Shown piece by piece: positions 60,464 through 64,000 of a stretch of 64,000 nt of DNA. The notes under the pieces were generated by a model, which saw only the letters and a list, made by a program, of their open reading frames with translations, ran no database searches and was not told the origin of the DNA. Source of the DNA: Chara braunii (taxonomy: Eukaryota > Plantae > Charophyceae); assembly GCA_003427395.1 (NCBI GenBank), contig BFEA01000015.1:3487459-3551458 (forward strand). Reading direction: 5' to 3'. Both the position numbers and the translations under genes were made by a program. The first letter of the stretch is position 1; each line of letters begins with the position of its first letter.

Positions 60464-61992
60464 CTGTACATGGACAGCTGAGGGCAAATTGGCTAATGTG
60501 TACATTTTCTTCAGAGGTGGAAGATGAAGCGCAAGTCCCGAAGCTTTGTGACCACTACGTGTGCATGCCGCCGCCCAAAGGGTTCGTGGCCGGAAACACG
60601 GCGGCGATCTCCAATCTCGGAAAGTCTCCACCCAGTTGGTGCACAGCAAGCCCATCTTTTCCGGGCAATGGTGGTTTTGCCTGATACATTGCGGTGCTCT
60701 ACCAACCCCGCCTTGTTCCTTCGGATCGGGGATTACCTTTTACCTTGTCCTGTGGCGGTACACGGGAGATGCACTGCATGTGGTGGAGAGTTTATGTTTA
60801 GGTCATGTGATCCATCTGCCACCCATTCCTCTCTGTAAAGGCAGGCCATTCCACCATCGTTTGCGCTCTCACCTCGTGGCCTGAGATGAGCTAGAATGGG
60901 TTCCCTCGCTGAGGTGCCGGTGAGCTGATGCACAGTTCGATCCGATGCTGCAGTCCCAACGGATGTGCAACTGGGATTTTTTGGGTGCTCTGCGTTGGTA
61001 ATATGTCCTCGATCCTGGCGGCGCTGGATTGGAAAGTATGGTTGGGTCTTCTGTGGTAGAGGGTTGGCGAGGCCAGGACAATGATATTCTCGAGGAGTCT
61101 CTTCTCAAGGAAGGTGGCGTTTGGTACCCTTCGTGAACTTGATTGTCTGCAACTGCGGTAGGTGGGTGTTTCGGAGTGTTGAGATGAGTGGTGGTTGTGC
61201 TGCGGAAGATGCTCGAGGCAGTCGTTGCATTGTGGCAGTGATGGCACTGATCTGTGAAGAAGAGCATCTACTGAGACGCAGAGGAGGGAGTTGTTGTGGC
61301 TGTGCTGCTGTGGCAGATAGTCAAGGCATCTGGCAGTGAGGTGTCTAAGGATCTTTGAAGAAGAGAGTCTGCAGGGAAGCAGAGGAGGGAGGTGTTATGG
61401 CTCTACTGCTGGCATGCCGGTCAGAGAAGAGAGGAGTTGTATGCGGGCATCTGAGGTAGAACATCTCACCTGAAATAGGTTGTGAGGATGTGTGAGTCGT
61501 TGTGGTTGCCTTTGCTCATCTGTTCAAGGGTTGATTGGCAAATGAATCGCATGGTGGTCCGTATTGTGCATTTTTTCTTCAGAATTATAGAGGGTATGTT
61601 GCTTTATTCCTGGTCTTGCCCGGGCTTTCGTCCCCGTCTTGTATTATATATATGTGGTCGATTCATGGCAGTTTCAGTTGGATTACGTCTTGGGTAGGCG
61701 GTGTCACTGGAGCTGCAAATTGCCATATTATCTTCAATCTGCTAACTAATTTCTTGAAAAAAATTAACCCTGCAGCCTAGTAGTAGGTTAGGTTTGTACA
61801 GACTTTGGCTGATGCGGGCATGCCTCTGCAGTGTAGCCAAGGCCCACTACGGCAGGACTGATGAATGCCATCAGGGCCCGCATCTTTTCATTCTTATGGC
61901 CGGTTGTGAATGCATGTTTGTGGGGTTGGGAGGGGATATGTGTGCAGAGGCAGAGCTGAAGGGTGGTCGTTGAGTGTACCAAGGAGAGGGGG

Positions 61993-62036
<44 letters not shown>

Positions 62037-62049
62037 AGGGTGCGTCTTC

Positions 62050-62115
<66 letters not shown>

Positions 62116-64000
62116 GTGGGGGGTTTGTGTAGTGTGCATCTGCCTGTGAATGTGGGACGTCACGAAGCTGGCAGTGTGTAGGGGATGACATAGGTAGGCA
62201 ATGGTCAGCTTCAGGTTGCATGCATGGCAACTGCAGGTTACATAATACACAGTCATGCACACGGGCAGCAGGCGGCCCGTGGCTGAACTAGGATGACTTC
62301 ATTTTTGGATGATTGGTTTGCTTCTTTCTTCTGCATTGCTGCAGACTGGGGTATATCCAGGATTGTAGATGTATAAACTTGAGGATTATGTACAAGTGCG
62401 CGTATGATCGGCGTGCTACAAATTCTTTTTGGCCATCACGAGGAGGGGAGGTGCGCAGTTGGCAATGATGATAACGGTGCTTTGACAGGTCACGGAACCT
62501 AGCAGAGGGACTTGACGGTGTGAGCACTGCTGTGGCACTGCTGCAGCACTCCTACCGTTGTGAGGACTGTAGCGGCTTCGCTCCTTTGTGGTAAAAAATC
62601 TCTAGAGGAGGCATCTTCGGTTTACCCTTTCAGGGCGTTTTGCCCCCTCGGTCCCAGAGCTTTGCTCTTCATCGATAGCCATGCAGTTTTGGCGTTGATG
62701 AGAAGCGGAGCTGATCGGTCGGGCATCTTGTCGTGCGCTTGTTCCGGACGTTGAAGTACTGGAGCTTTGCTCTACGTCGATAGCCATGCAGTTTGCAATT
62801 GACGAGAGCTGAGCTGTTCGGCATCTTCTTGTATTTGTTCCCGATGGATGGCCGTAGAGTTGGTCCAGATGTGAGGAAGGATTGCTCTGATCGTGTGGGT
62901 CTGTGTCTCGTGCGCTTCGTGCGATCCTCTGCCAAGGTCGTGTACTGATGGTCGTTGGAAAGCGGAAAGGCAGACAGACCTTCGATGCCTTCGATGCGCT
63001 GTTTGATATTGTTGTTGTGCCATTTGCAGCTTTTCCGATGGAACGCCTGTGGACTTACAGGCGTGGCAGAACACGGAATGGTGCGGTAGCAACTGATGAT
63101 CAGAAAGAAAGGTTCTGCCCTACGGTCTAGGGTTTTATTGGTAGAAGAATGCTCGAGTCTCCTGTCGATTTTTGGACATGAGATTTGTTATCCGTTGTTA
63201 TTGTTCTGCCATTGCAGTGACCTGTTTTTTTTTGTTTTTTTGTTTTTTTTTGGCAGCGAATTATAATTCACAGAGATGCACGCACAGCGCAATCAGGGCG
63301 TTCCTGGTCAGCTGTGCCACAACTGATATATACCGACGTCCGGTTGGAATAAGTGTGCACATGTTGTAGAAGCACTGTGCCACAGCTGTACGGCGTGACA
63401 ACAGATGCGTAGTCTGTTGGGAGTTTAGTAGGCGATTGGTGGGGAAGACGGTAGGAGGTGTGGTCGGATGGGAAGGGAGATCCCTATCCTCCTCCTCTTG
63501 TACAGTTATGGGTGAGGAGGAGATTAGTTGGGCACTGCTCTGCCCAAAGAATGAGGCTGTCATCCGGCGGATTATACGAAGCCGTTCTGAGCCATTTTCA
63601 TATTGTGTGCGATGCACCGAAAATGACATGAGCATATGAAACTCAGTAATCCGTACTGTATTGTATATATGGGGAGCGATGATCGGAGATCTGTGAATGA
63701 ACTACATGCGTCCATGTGAACAAAAAAGGGCCGAGTCGAGTGCTCCGAGAGGATGCTGATCGATCATTGGGCTGTGACTGCGTTAGTTTCGGCAATACGC
63801 CACCATTGGTCGTGAAAGAGAACCTGCTCTCGAAGTCAGGCCAGTCTGTGGGATATTATTTGGTTGATGAAAATCCTGTTCTGCGACTTCATTCATTGAA
63901 TGGTAGATTGGTTGGCATGTCTCAGTTCACCAAGGTGGAATTCTATCTCTTTTCCTTGTTTTTTTTTTTGTTTGGGGGGAGGGGGTAGAGGGGTTAAGGG

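Noticed and set aside
60464-64000. Short ORFs downstream of RSH
   Set aside because: No motifs or consistent exon structure; probably 3' UTR and intergenic DNA.

Overview
Eukaryotic, repeat-rich genomic window with three long N-gaps and one single N. The (ATTG)n, (GAG)n, (CA)n and (AT)n microsatellites, long introns and a plant-type RSH gene suggest a streptophyte alga such as Chara; this is inference. The only intact protein gene is a 6-exon RelA/SpoT homolog of the RSH2/RSH3 type (49069-60463, +, about 1109 aa). The rest is mobile DNA. It includes a decayed L1-like LINE (about 26.2-33.9 kb, -), many MITEs with readable TIRs and TSDs (hAT-, Tc1/mariner- and PIF-like), two U6 snRNA pseudocopies, a 28S rRNA fragment, a tRNA-derived SINE head, and hammerhead-ribozyme motifs inside microsatellites. 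The most striking unexplained structure is a non-coding element of at least 4-6 kb present three times (A 1-~5700 minus; B ~8800-13720 plus; C ~36600-41650 plus). It has a fixed module order: a ~250-nt structured-RNA-like block with compensatory base changes, a repeat-spacer array of ~21-22-nt hairpin-like repeats with non-repetitive spacers, a ~120-bp tandem array, and a second ~300-nt structured block (seen in B and C). All alignments and folds were done by eye.
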